Shown: positions 50,367-61,826 of the stretch, piece by piece | How the letters are laid out: every line of letters starts with the position of its first letter | How positions within the stretch are numbered: position 1 is the stretch's first letter | DNA from: Geosiphon pyriformis uo1 | Taxonomy: Eukaryota > Fungi > Glomeromycota | Reading direction: 5' to 3' | Length of the DNA stretch: 64,000 nt | Assembly: GCA_016748015.1 (NCBI GenBank) | Contig: JAAOMT010000607.1 | Span: forward strand, 831,765 to 895,764 | Position numbers and translations under genes: made by a program | Notes under the pieces: generated by a model | What the model saw: only the letters and a program-made list of their open reading frames with translations | Database searches by the model: none | What the model was told of the DNA's origin: nothing

Positions 50367-51152
50367 TATTACTGGAGGTTTTTGGTCTCTTTTCTTAAAT
50401 GTTGGTAATGTTGATTTGCTGTGAATTCACATTTTTAGGAAGTAGTTGAACCTTCAATAACTGAATTTATCTTCAAATTATCTTCTATAATTTGAACTGC
50501 TGGGCTTATAAGTGAAATGACCAATTCTTTGTCAGTTACTTTATGTAGTTATGTTGTAGTAAACATCAACTCTTTCCCAGGAATTGCTCATTTGGAAGCT
50601 CACTAAAAATATGTAGTTACTTTGCTGTGAAAGTCAACTCTTCTACAGAAATCTTGTCTGTAGGCTACCCTAATAATTGTAATAAGAAAAGAAAAGAAAA
50701 ATAAAAAAAATGTAAAAAAAATAGAATTCTGTCAAGGGAAACGTTTTCTATTTAGGCCTGGAGTCGCTAACAGTTTACTGAAATTGGTAGCTAATTAATT
50801 TCGAAATGTTAGTTGGGTTTTTGGGGGTTTTTCCAAGTACAATAATTAAAGAATTTGGTTTTTCAAATTATTTGATATTTATTTCTTTTTGTGTGTATAG
50901 GANNNNNNNNNNNNNNNNNNNNAATTTCTGTAAATTTCGGCGAATTTTTGAATGTTACAAAGTTCAGGGTATTGTGTAATTTGATCATCCTACTTTCTGT
51001 TATACTAATTAGATTATTTTAATTAAATCGTAATATGTGATAATTGATTAAATAATAAATGATAATTTGAAATGATATTAATATACTAATGAATTATAGG
51101 AATTATAAGGGTAATTTTATGCTAATTAATAGCTAAAATTCTACTGGTAACA
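50367..51152 (-). repeat. Gypsy-B 3' LTR (contains a small N gap)
   Basis: Termini T(A)TTAC..GGTAACA; repeated at 59086-59279. Confidence 0.9.
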
Positions 51153-51840
51153 TAATTTCCTCCTCAAGACTGAGCTCCGTTGAAGTCCAAGCACTATCTG
51201 TAATATTAAGATAGTGATCTAGAATAATTGAAGTAATCTGGTCTGAAAATTGTTGAAATTTCAGTTCTGTGAGTTTGCCAATGTATTGGACTTTTATTGG
51301 TTGCAGTATTAGATTTTGTAGAACATTTTCACAAGTATTAAACAAGTCATAGAGTCTAAGAGCTGCTCTAAGTTTGTAGTGAATGTTTGTTGGTCTAGCT
51401 GCTGTTTTGAATTCATTGTGGATTTGTTTTTGTATAACTTCAGGAGTGAGATTTGTTGCTTCAAGTTCCAGTTTTCATTCATAAAGTGTTTTTCCAATTT
51501 GAAAGTATTTATAGATAGGAGTGTGTTCATTGTTCTGTTCATTAAAAAGTAGTAGAAGTTTTTGTTGCATTGTAGCATTTGGTGGAATGTCAATAGGAGC
51601 AATTAAAAGATTTTTTTCTAGTGTCTGCTTCAAAAGTCTTGGTAATCTATTCTCAGAGTGACTTCTTGTTTTTCTTCTATAGGGGTGATAGTTCTGTAAC
51701 TGATTTGCTACCAGGGCTGTGGTTTTTTTCTGAATGTAATTAATTTGATTTCCATTAATCATTATAGATAAGTCAGGGAGTGTTTTCAAGGCTAACATTA
51801 ATTTTTGGGATATTTGTTGAATATTTCGGAGAATAATCAT
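51133..51840 (-). pseudogene. Gypsy-B ORF3 (about 235 codons, one internal stop), running through the PPT into the LTR
   Basis: ORFs 51840-51475 and 51345-51133 are in frame and align with Gypsy-A ORF3. Confidence 0.7.
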
Positions 51841-51976
51841 GATAAAATTGACTAATTATGAAAAGAGAGAATAAAGAAAATTATTTTTGGATATGGAGTT
51901 TTTATTTGTTTTTGGGTTTGGGTGTTTTGTTTACTATTTTTGTTTTTGTGTTTTTATTAGAAAATTATTGTAAAAT

Positions 51977-53362
51977 TTAAGTGTTCAAGTTTGGTTGTTG
52001 TTCTATTATGATTATTGGTTCTAAATTTCGAGAAATATCTTCAGGATTAATTAAAAAGGAATGTGTACCAATTTGTGAAATTAATGGTTCAGGATTGTTT
52101 CTGGAATGGTAGTGTTTCAATCTGTCTCTATGTGCAACTTTTGCTAATATTTTGTCATCAAGTCTTAACTTATATGATCCATTGCCTAGAATTTCGTAAA
52201 TATAAAATGGTCCATCCCATTTGTTTTTAAATTTCCCACTCCATTGTTTTTCAGCCTTAGTTTTGTGTAAGAGAACTTTATTTCCAACTTTAAATTCGTT
52301 GGTAATAGGTGGTAATTTGTTGTCATGTCTTTCTTTTTGTTAAGCTTGGGAATATTCAATATGAATTGCTGTTATTCTTCTTTTTTCTTTCAGTGTACTA
52401 AGAAGAGTGTAGGCTCTTCTTTGGAGTGTCTTTTGAAAGTTTTCTTCATTGATTGGTTGCACTAGGTATGTTTCTACTGTGAAATTAATTGGTAATGTTG
52501 CTGTCTTTCCATAAGTAAGATCAAATGGTGTGTGTTTCGTAGTATCTTGTTTTAGTGTTCTGTATGCTAATAACACTGATGGAATAAAGATATCCCATTC
52601 CTGCTCAAAGTCTGTTGAGACTTTGGCTAAAGATTCACACAATGTTCTATTGAAACATTCTACAAGTCCATTTGTTTAAGAGTGATAAGGTAATAATAGA
52701 GATTTTTTGACATTGAACCGTTCACAAATTTTTTGTATCAAGTTGTTTACAAAATGTGTTCCTTGATTAGATAAGAGTTCAATTGGGCATCCATGTCTAC
52801 AGATAATGTCTTCATAGATGAAATTTGCTACTGATTTTGCATCTGCTCTTTGGATGGCTCTAGCTTCAGGCTATTTGGTAAGATAATCTACTGCAACTGC
52901 AATATAATAATTTCCTTGGGTTGTGATAGGTAATGATCCGACTAAATCAATTCCAACTCTGTCAAAAGGTTGTCCAACTTTGATTGGATTTAAAAGTTTT
53001 GTGGGACGAGTTCCTCTTTTTCTTTGACAATTATCACAAGATTCTACATATTGTCAAATGTCTTTTTGCATGTGAGACCAAAAATATTGTTCAAGAGTTC
53101 TTTGAATTGTTCCCTCTTTTCCCAAGTGTGCTGAAGACGGATTTGTGTGCATGTTGTATAAAATTGTTTCTTTTTCATTCTCTTGTACTAATCTAAGTGG
53201 CTGGTTTGGTTTTCTGTGATTTTTATAATAGATTTTGTTCTGGTGTATGAAATATTGTTTTGATTGGTGTTGTAAGTGGTGTTTTTCACTTGAAGACCAA
53301 TTTTCTGGCATGGTAAGAGTCTCCAAATAATTTTTAAGATTGCTGTAGTTTCCGGGATCCAT
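51977..53362 (-). pseudogene. Gypsy-B integrase as a separate ORF (MDPGNYSNLKNYL..)
   Basis: HTNPSSAH..C, GIDLVG, QTNGLVE, WDGPFYI; own ATG at 53362. Confidence 0.85.
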
Positions 53363-53420
53363 TCTTGTTTGGTTATTTTTGTTGGTAAGTTGGTAAGTTG
53401 TGATGGAATTGTTGTTGGTA

Positions 53421-56400
53421 TTAATCTTGTCTCATTCTTGAGAGGCTATCAACATTGGTATGTAGTTTTCCTGGTTTGTGGTGTACAATATATCTGTAGT
53501 CTGCTAGAAAGTCATTTCATCGAGACTGTTTGGTACTTTGTTCAGTTTTCTTTTTATTGAGTCATTTGAAGCCAATGTTGTCTATTATTATGTCAAATTC
53601 TTTTCCATTCTTCAGATATTGTTGAAAATGTTTAAGAGCCCAAATAACTGCTGCAGCTTCTAATTCAGTTGAGCCATATTTGAGTTCTGTTGGCTTGAGT
53701 ATTCTGCTGGCATAGACAATAATTTGTTTTTGGCCATTTTTATCTAATTGTGATAAGATGGCACCAAATGCTATGTGTGAGGCATCAGTGGCTAATTGGA
53801 ATCGTTTGTTGAAGTCTGGATAAGCAAGAACTGGGGCTGTTGTTAATTTTGTTTTAAGAATTTCAAAAGCTTTTTGTTGTTCTTCAGTCCATTTGTATGG
53901 TACATTTTTGTTGGTAAGATAATTGAGTGGTTTGGCAATTTCTGGGAATCTTTTTATGAATTTTTGATAGTAAGAAGCTAATCCCACAAATCCTCTTAGT
54001 TCTGTAGTATTTCTGGAGGTTTGAAAGTTTTTGACAGCACTAATTGTTCTTGGATTTGGTTTGATTCCATCTTTACTAACTATGTGTCCAAGAAAGATCA
54101 AGTTTGTTTTTCCAAAGTAATATTTCTCAATATTTAACTTTAATCCTGCTTTCTGTAATCATTGAAAAACTTCTCACAGGTAAATGAGATGGGCTTCAAA
54201 GCTTGGTGAGTATATATCAGTATTATCAAGATAAACAACTACTGATTGCCACAAGAGCCCATTATAGACAATATCCATGAGTTGCTAAAATGTTGCTGGT
54301 GCATTGCAGAGTTCAAAAGGCATAACATTAAATTCATAATTTCCTTCTTGAGTGGTGAATGCTGTTTTGGGTCTATCTTTTGGATCCATTTCGACTTGCC
54401 AGTATCCACTTTCCAGGTCTAAAGTTGAAAAGAACTTGGCTTTTCTTAGAGCATCTAGCATGTCATCAATTCTTGGAAGAGGATAGGCATCTCCAATTGT
54501 AACACTATTCAGTTGTCTATAATCAACACAGAATCTGATTTTTCCATTTTTCTTTTTAACTAAAACTACTGGTAAGGCCCAAGGACTTCTTGATGGTTGA
54601 ATCAATCCGTTATTGAGCATTCTTTGGACCTCTTTTCTGATGAATTGGTGGCTGGCAGGTGGCACTCGATAAGCTTGTTGATGTTTTGGTAGAGCATCTC
54701 CTATATGAATCTGATGTTGAACAATGTCTGTTTTTTCCAAGTCATTGTTGTTTTTTGCAAATATATCTGCAAATTCAGCTATCAATTGTTTCAATTGTCT
54801 TTGTTGTTGAGATTCTAAGGGACCCATATTGATTTGAGAGAGTTTTTCTTTCAACAAGTGGTGGTTTTCAGTAGTAAGAATGATATTTGAATTTGGAAGT
54901 AGTGTGCTTTACAATTTCGATGAAATTAGAGACAATTTGAGAGTTTTCATCTTGAAAGATATTGCTGTATATGATTCCAATTTCTAATTTGTTTAATAAA
55001 ACAATAGGGTAATTATTGGGGTTGTAGAATGTAACTTGAAATTTTTTCATTCCTTTGGGAATATAAACGTTTGGAATTGATATTTCATGCTTCAAACAGA
55101 TTTGTTCATTGGATTCAAAGATTTGTTGTGTAGTGGTGGGTTTTGAGCAAGTGTAAATTTCGTGATGTTCTCCAAAAAGTGAAATGGTAATTGGCTGAGG
55201 AAGTTAAAGAATCTGGTGAGATTCATTTTGTGTATTAAGAACTATGTTTACTGGGACTGTAAATCGTCCAGTTGAACCAAAACCTTGAGTTCCTTCTTTC
55301 ACTTTTTCCCAATTGTTCTCTGTTGTTTACTGATTGTAAACCCGAAATGTTGATTAAGGATAAGTAAATTGCTTGAGCAATTTTTTTAGCATGTTCAATT
55401 TTGAATGGTTTGTCTGTCTCATTCTGTAACATGATGGTAATGTCTCCAGTGTATTCTGCATCTATAACTCCTCCTCTAATATTGATTTTTTTGCTTGCCA
55501 ATGATGATCTGGAGGCAATTTGAATTATTGCTCCTGGTGGAATTTCAAGAGCAATTTTGAGATTGATTTTTGTCAAAGACTTTGGTTGGAGAATCAAAGT
55601 ATCTTTTTCTGGGTATCTTAGGTCATATTCAGCATCAATTTTGTGTGCTTTTTCTGGTCTGATTCTTTGGCCATGGTTGTCAAAATATTTAAGTTGTAGA
55701 GGTGGTTGTTTTTCAAGAAGATAGATGAAAGTGGTTGGTAGTTCTTCTACTAGTTCAGATACTCCAAATTCGATTTCATTTTCATCATTCTCATCTGGCA
55801 GAGGAATGCTAAGAGCATAACATTCTAAACACCATTGGTCATTACAAGGCATAACACATTCTTCGCACAATTGAATGTTCATTTGCTCTAATCATTGAAT
55901 TTGAGCTTCTTTGGTCGGATATGCGTGGCTTGCAATTTGGTGGTAGGTTTCTACTTCATCTTCATAATCAAATCCAGCTAATTTCATAGTATACTCAGTA
56001 AATTCAGCTTTTTTCATTTGGCAGACATCTTCTTGGGTGGCTCCATTGATCAATGCCATTGCTAGGTCAAAAATCATTTCAGCATCATGAGGGTAGTGAT
56101 AAAGTTTATTGAAAGCACTGTTGTATGCTGCATCAAATGGTGTTCTTCTTCTGACTTTTTCCGAAATTGATAGAGCATATTGACAGGTTTGATCACATAC
56201 TCCTCCTCTTATTGCTACATCAATTCAATTGCATTCTTCTGGTAGCATTTCTCCACATGTAAGGCAAAGTGTGTTGTCCTATTTTTCACTTCTTTTTGGA
56301 AATCCAAATCGTTTTCTATGGCATGCTTTGCAAAAGTAACAGGTACAAGTTTCATATTTCTCTTCTGAAGAAATACATGCTTCTATTAATGAAAGTTTTT

Positions 56401-59040
56401 TGTTGCAATCTTTGCATTTGAGTGGAATATAGGGTGGTTGTTTTCATGGTTCTGGTGTAGAATATCTAACTTTCTTCCATCTCCTTGATTCTTTAAAAAT
56501 CTCTTGTTCGGTTTCTTTAGCCCAATTGGATGTTGATCCAAGAGCCATGTAAGTTTCAGTAAGTGGCATTTCTTTCTCCTCTTCAAATTCAAATACTGGA
56601 GCTTTTTTTGATTGTTTGTTAAAGGTACTACAGATTGCAGGTACTATAGTATATTGTCCTTGGTATGAGATTTTAAGTTCTTGAGTTTCTCAGTTCAGGT
56701 TTGTATTGGCCTTAAGAAGCTAATCATTTCTGACTAGAGCTTAGTATTGGGGTACATCCATAACAAGAACTTTAACTGGAATGGTGATTTCATCAATTGA
56801 AAAAGGAAAATCATCAATTTCTCCTACTGAAGTCTTCTTTATACCATCAGCTGTAACAATAACTGTTTGAGCTGGTCTGTCTATGTTTTGTTTGAGTTGT
56901 TGCATCAGCTGGTAAGTAATAATACTTCCAGCTGATCCACTATCTAAGATTAAGCAAATGGGTTTTTCTTCCACTATAGCTTCTGTGTACATGGCAGTAA
57001 TTGCTTTCTGTTCATTAACTGCTGTATTACTAAGCAGAAATGGTGATTCATTTGCTTCAAATTCAAATGGAAATATATCTGACAGATTAGCATTTTGGGC
57101 AATTTGAGCTGGTGGGATGGTGTGGTTGGAAGGATTTGATCTTAGCGCTGCAACTTCATCTTCAAAAAGTGCAGTTTGTTAAAAATCCGATTTCTCTGGT
57201 ATTGTAAGATAACTGGGTTGAGTATGATAGTGATTGGGTCTTTGCTGACCCGAATTTTGGGAAACCAACTGGTTATTTGGATTGATTCTCTTGTGGTTAT
57301 TCTGCAATTGATTTTGGGGTGTGAATTGGTTATGTTAAACCAATCTTCTTGCTGGTACTTGATATTGTTGAGTGGGTGGTGTCTGATATAGCTGAATTGG
57401 TAAAGGTTGCTGATATTGTTGCTGCATTGATTGTGGGGCTGGTGAATAGTAGTTTTGATTTTGTGGTCTTGGTAAATAATAGGTTGGTGGTAAAGATTGG
57501 TAATAGAATTGTTGTGATGAAGAGTAATGTTGATTACTCCTGTTTTGTTGGTCTCTTTGTAATTTCCTACAATCTCATTTCCAGTGTCTTGGAATTCCAC
57601 AATAATAACAATTTTTAGATTGGTTGTTGAATAGTAATCCAAAATTGTTTTGATTGCGTCATAGTGGTGGTTAATATCTTTGTGGTTGTTGCTGCTGTTG
57701 TTGTTGGTTTGTAAAATAGCTTTCAACTTTCTTTGTGAGTTGGTCTATCTTTTTTTCAACTGCTGAGCTGGTTTCTCCAATTGCAAGGTTTACAAGCTTG
57801 GTGTGATTTGCTTCTTCCATTGCCATTTCATAGCTCTTTGCATGTCTAATAGCAGTTGCTAAGTCTGCTGGAGCATGTGGACAGACTTTCTTAATCAGTT
57901 TGTTTTTTAATCCTGCTATAAACTGATCCAGAATTTGAGCATTAGAATAGTAGTCATTGGTTTCCAATTGTTGGATTTGTCTGAGAAGTTTGTTAAATCT
58001 TCTAAGATAGGTCATAACAGATTCAGATGTTTCTTGTTTGATATTGCAAAAGCGGTTTCTGAGAGTGATAGAGGTATTGTTGTCGGTGAATTGTTGTAGA
58101 AAAGCATCTTTGAATGCTTGCCAGTTTTCAAATGGTTCTTCTAAATTTTCAAACCATTCTTCTACTGTTCCTTAGAGAAAGTAAAGAATTGCTTTGAGCA
58201 TTCTCACTGTAATCCAACCATTTGCATCTTCTGCTTTTTAAACTTTGTCAAGCCATTCTTGAGGACTGGTATCATTGTCTTTACCAGTGAATTCTGGGAT
58301 TTTTGCAATGTAAGCAGTTGCCATTTCTTCTTTGTTTTCTGTAATTTCTTCTGGTTCTGATTTAGTTTTTTTACTTTCCAAGCTTTCTGAGTGATTACTT
58401 TTGTTTTCCTGTAAGTAATCAATAATATTGGCATTTGTTGATATTGGTTCCTGCTGTTGAGTAGGATTTCTAAGTGACTGAATATCTTCTGGTTTGGAGA
58501 AATGGCTAAGTGGTGAACTTGGTGTTTGTGGTTGAACAAGTGAAATTGGAAATAGTGTAATAGAAAGCGGTAATTTGACACTGGTTTCTTGTTCAGGTGT
58601 TTGCAAGTGTTTGGCAGTTGTCTTTTGTAATGTTGGAGTGTTTGGAGTGGTTCTTGAGTATTGCTTCAATCTTTGTTTGCCTTTGTTGCTTGTTTCTGTC
58701 TCTGATTCAAAGTTAAAAGAGTATTTAGACTGTACTGGGTATTTTTTTCACAATACTCAATAATGTTAAAATTAAGTTTTTGGAAGTAGGTAGCAAGTGT
58801 TTTACTGTTTAGGTCTTCTGTTCTCAATTGTAAATAGTGCACTAAATTATTGTAGAGATTACTTCTAACTTCTGAAATGTTGTAGTTTCCAAAAAGATAA
58901 TTGTTGATGTGGTTTTTAATGTATTAGTATACTGATTTCTTTACAACTTCAATTCCGTCTGGAATGTTGAATTTTTGCTTGCAGTGGGTGTAAATTGACT
59001 GATAATACTCTAGAGTTGCTGTGTCTGGTGTGGTCGCCAC
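53421..59040 (-). pseudogene. Gypsy-B gag-pol polyprotein including Cys-rich domain and dUTPase
   Basis: Gag, PR and dUTPase fragments share one frame; dUTPase motifs DA(G)YDL, RSSLA, GVIDA(G)YTG, AQ and, after a frameshift, GTQGFGSTG at about 55690-55265; ends VDSLSRMRQD*. Confidence 0.88.
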
Positions 59041-60476
59041 TTTGAATTTGTTGTTGCTGTGTTATTTCTGTGGGAGAGCACCAAATATTACCAGAGGTTT
59101 TTTGGTTTCTTTTCTTAAATGTTGGTAATGTTGATTTGCTGTGAATTCACGTTTTCAGGAAGTAGTTGAATCTCCAATAACTGAATTTATCTTCAAATTA
59201 TTTTCTATAATTTGAACTGCTGGGCTTATAAGTGGAATGGCCAATTTTTTGCCAGTTACTTTATGTAGTTACATTGTAGTGTTATGGGTTGGAGTAACAA
59301 GCTAATGGATAGCAAAGGAGAACAGTATTGTATGGTGATGGAAATAAACAAAGAAGGAATTACAATAAGGGAGTGAATTGAATAAGTAGGAATTCAATGT
59401 GCATGATCAGTCTCATAAAAATCACAGTCGCTAATCTTTTCTTAAATCTAAAGGTAGAGAAATAGTCTGTGATTGTCAACAAGATAATACCACTGCTATT
59501 ATTTTATGCCTCAACTTGGCAATTCTTAGAATTAATAACAGGTATCATTGTACTTTTCAATTGTTTCTTTATTCAATGAATTACAAGAGCAAGCCAATTG
59601 CTTCTCAGGCTAATTCTAACAAATACAAATCAAGAAGGGGAAAAGATAAGGTATGTGAATGCCAACAAGTAGATACTTGAAGGTAAGGAAAGGAGAATAA
59701 GCGATTATGAGAGGAAGTAATTGATATTGTTTATTTCGTTACTTTGATCATGTCTTTCTACAGCTAAGGGAATCATCACTTATATAGCTATCTAAAGTAG
59801 NNNNNNNNNNNNNNNNNNNNNNNNNNNNNNNNNNNNNNNNNNNNNNNNNNNNNNNNNNNNNNNNNNNNNNNNNNNNNNNNNNNNNNNNNNNNNNNNNNNN
59901 NNNNNNNNNNNNNNNNNNNNNNNNNNNNNNNNNNNNNNNNNNNNNNNNNNNNNNNNNNNNNNNNNNNNNNNNNNNNNNNNNNNNNNNNNNNNNNNNNNNN
60001 NNNNNNNNNNNNNNNNNNNNNNNNNNNNNNNNNNNNNNNNNNNNNNNNNNNNNNNNNNNNNNNNNNNNNNNNNNNNNNNNNNNNNNNNNNNNNNNNNNNN
60101 NNNNNNNNNNNNNNNNNNNNNNNNNNNNNNNNNNNNNNNNNNNNNNNNNNNNNNNNNNNNNNNNNNNNNNNNNNNNNNNNNNNNNNNNNNNNNNNNNNNN
60201 NNNNNNNNNNNNNNNNNNNNNNNNNNNNNNNNNNNNNNNNTTTGCCACCAATTCTTTCTCTTCTGGTAGTTGTTTTCTTTGGTCTAATAACAGTGTGAGT
60301 TCCATTGTTGTCTGTTATAGTGGTTTGTTTTCCAATAGTCAGAGTAGCATTTGGATAGTTCTTGATCCAGTACTTATGGAGAGTATAGAAAGTGTTTTGA
60401 ATGTTTTGATCTAGGAAATAATTGTTCATGTCAATTGAAGATACCTCTGTTTTGGGAATAGTGTATTTATTTATAT

Positions 60477-61761
60477 CTAATTTTTGCTGATTATTTGGGT
60501 CGGTATTACCACAACAGGTAACCAATTAGGTTGTTTGTGATATTTCTTGAGTCGCATGCCATGAACAGAGCAATTACCAAATATTGTTCCATATTGATCT
60601 TGTAAGATATAAGAACCATTGTTCAAAACTTTGTTGACTATAAAGAGCCCTTTCCACCGGCTAGAGAATTTATCACCATAGACATTGTTTCTGTCTGAAC
60701 AGTATTCCAAACTAAGTTACCAACACTTAAGGAAAGTGTTTTATAAGTCTTTTTCTTTTTGAGCTTCTCTTGAACCTGTTTTATCTTTTCAAAGGCAATT
60801 ATCTGTGCTTCTACTAATGAGTCAAGAATGGTACCAAGTCTTCTTTGCAAAATGTTCTTGTAATCTCCTATTGTTATTTCTTCAAAAGGTATTGTTTCTA
60901 TATCCGTTTCTATTGGTAGAGTTGCCATTTGTCCATAGAGCAGATAAAAGGGTTCATAACTTGTTATGTCATGATTCACAGTTCTGTAAGCAAACAAGGC
61001 TGAAGACAATACTTTGTCCCATAGGTTGGTTTCTTCACTGGTTTTGGCTAGGGTTTCACATAGTGTTCTATTGAAACATTCCACTAGGCCATTTGTTTAA
61101 AGGTGATAAAGGGAAGAGAGTTTATGACATATTTCCATTTTTCTGCAAAGTTCTTCAACCAGTGTACTGAGAAAAGCTCTTTGGGGCAGCCATGGCGACA
61201 GATAATATCTTCATAAATGAAATTGGCAATTGAGACTACTGTTTGATCTGGGGTGGCTCTTGCTTCTACCCATTTTGTAAGATAGTTGGTAGCTGTGATA
61301 ATGTATCTGTTGCCATCAGGAGTTACTGTTAAAGGTCCAACAACATTTATACCAATTCTATCAAATAGTTGACCAACAGAGATTGGATGGATATCTTCCT
61401 TGCAATTGGGTTTTCTTCTTCTTTGGCAGGTATTACAGGTTTTGATGTATTCAGCAATGTCTTTTCCCAAGGTAGGCCAATAATAGCGAGCTAAAGTTTT
61501 CTGAATTGTTTTTGTTTTTTCAAAGTGTCCAGCTAATGGATCAGTGTGTATATTGTAGATCACAATTTCTCTTTCTTCAAATCTAATAACTCTCTGGGGG
61601 TGGTCAGAATCTTTTCTATTTTTTTTATATAACTGGTTTTGATAAATCAAATAGAAATTTGATTGTTTGCGCAAATGTTTTCTTTGCTGTCGAGTATAGT
61701 CCAGCAGGTATTGTCCTTTACCCAAAAATTTCATTAAAGCAGAGTAGTTGTCCAAGTCCAT
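60477..61761 (-). pseudogene. Gypsy-C integrase as a separate ORF (MDLDNYSALMKFL..)
   Basis: HHCC, DDE and GPF-like motifs; own ATG after a TGA-TAG-TAA triple stop of the pol frame. Confidence 0.88.
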
Positions 61762-61826
61762 TATCGTGTTTGTTTGTGGAGGAGTTACAAATAATTAAGT
61801 TGGTTTGGTTTGAGAGAGTTTTACTA

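Larger units (their letters stand above)
50367..59279 (-). mobile_element. Ty3/Gypsy LTR retrotransposon B (degenerate); 5' LTR interrupted by Gypsy-C
   Basis: 3' LTR 50367-51152 and partial 5' LTR 59086-59279 match; PBS TTTGGTGCTCTCCCA (59085-59071); PPT GAGGAGGAAATTA; CYYCGIPRHWK(R)DC, LILDSGS, dUTPase, [28 protein letters not shown], integrase. Confidence 0.95.

Noticed and set aside
59748-60305. Long ORFs spanning the N gap
   Set aside because: Length is an artefact of Ns; only 60429-60241 is interpretable, as the ORF3 start.
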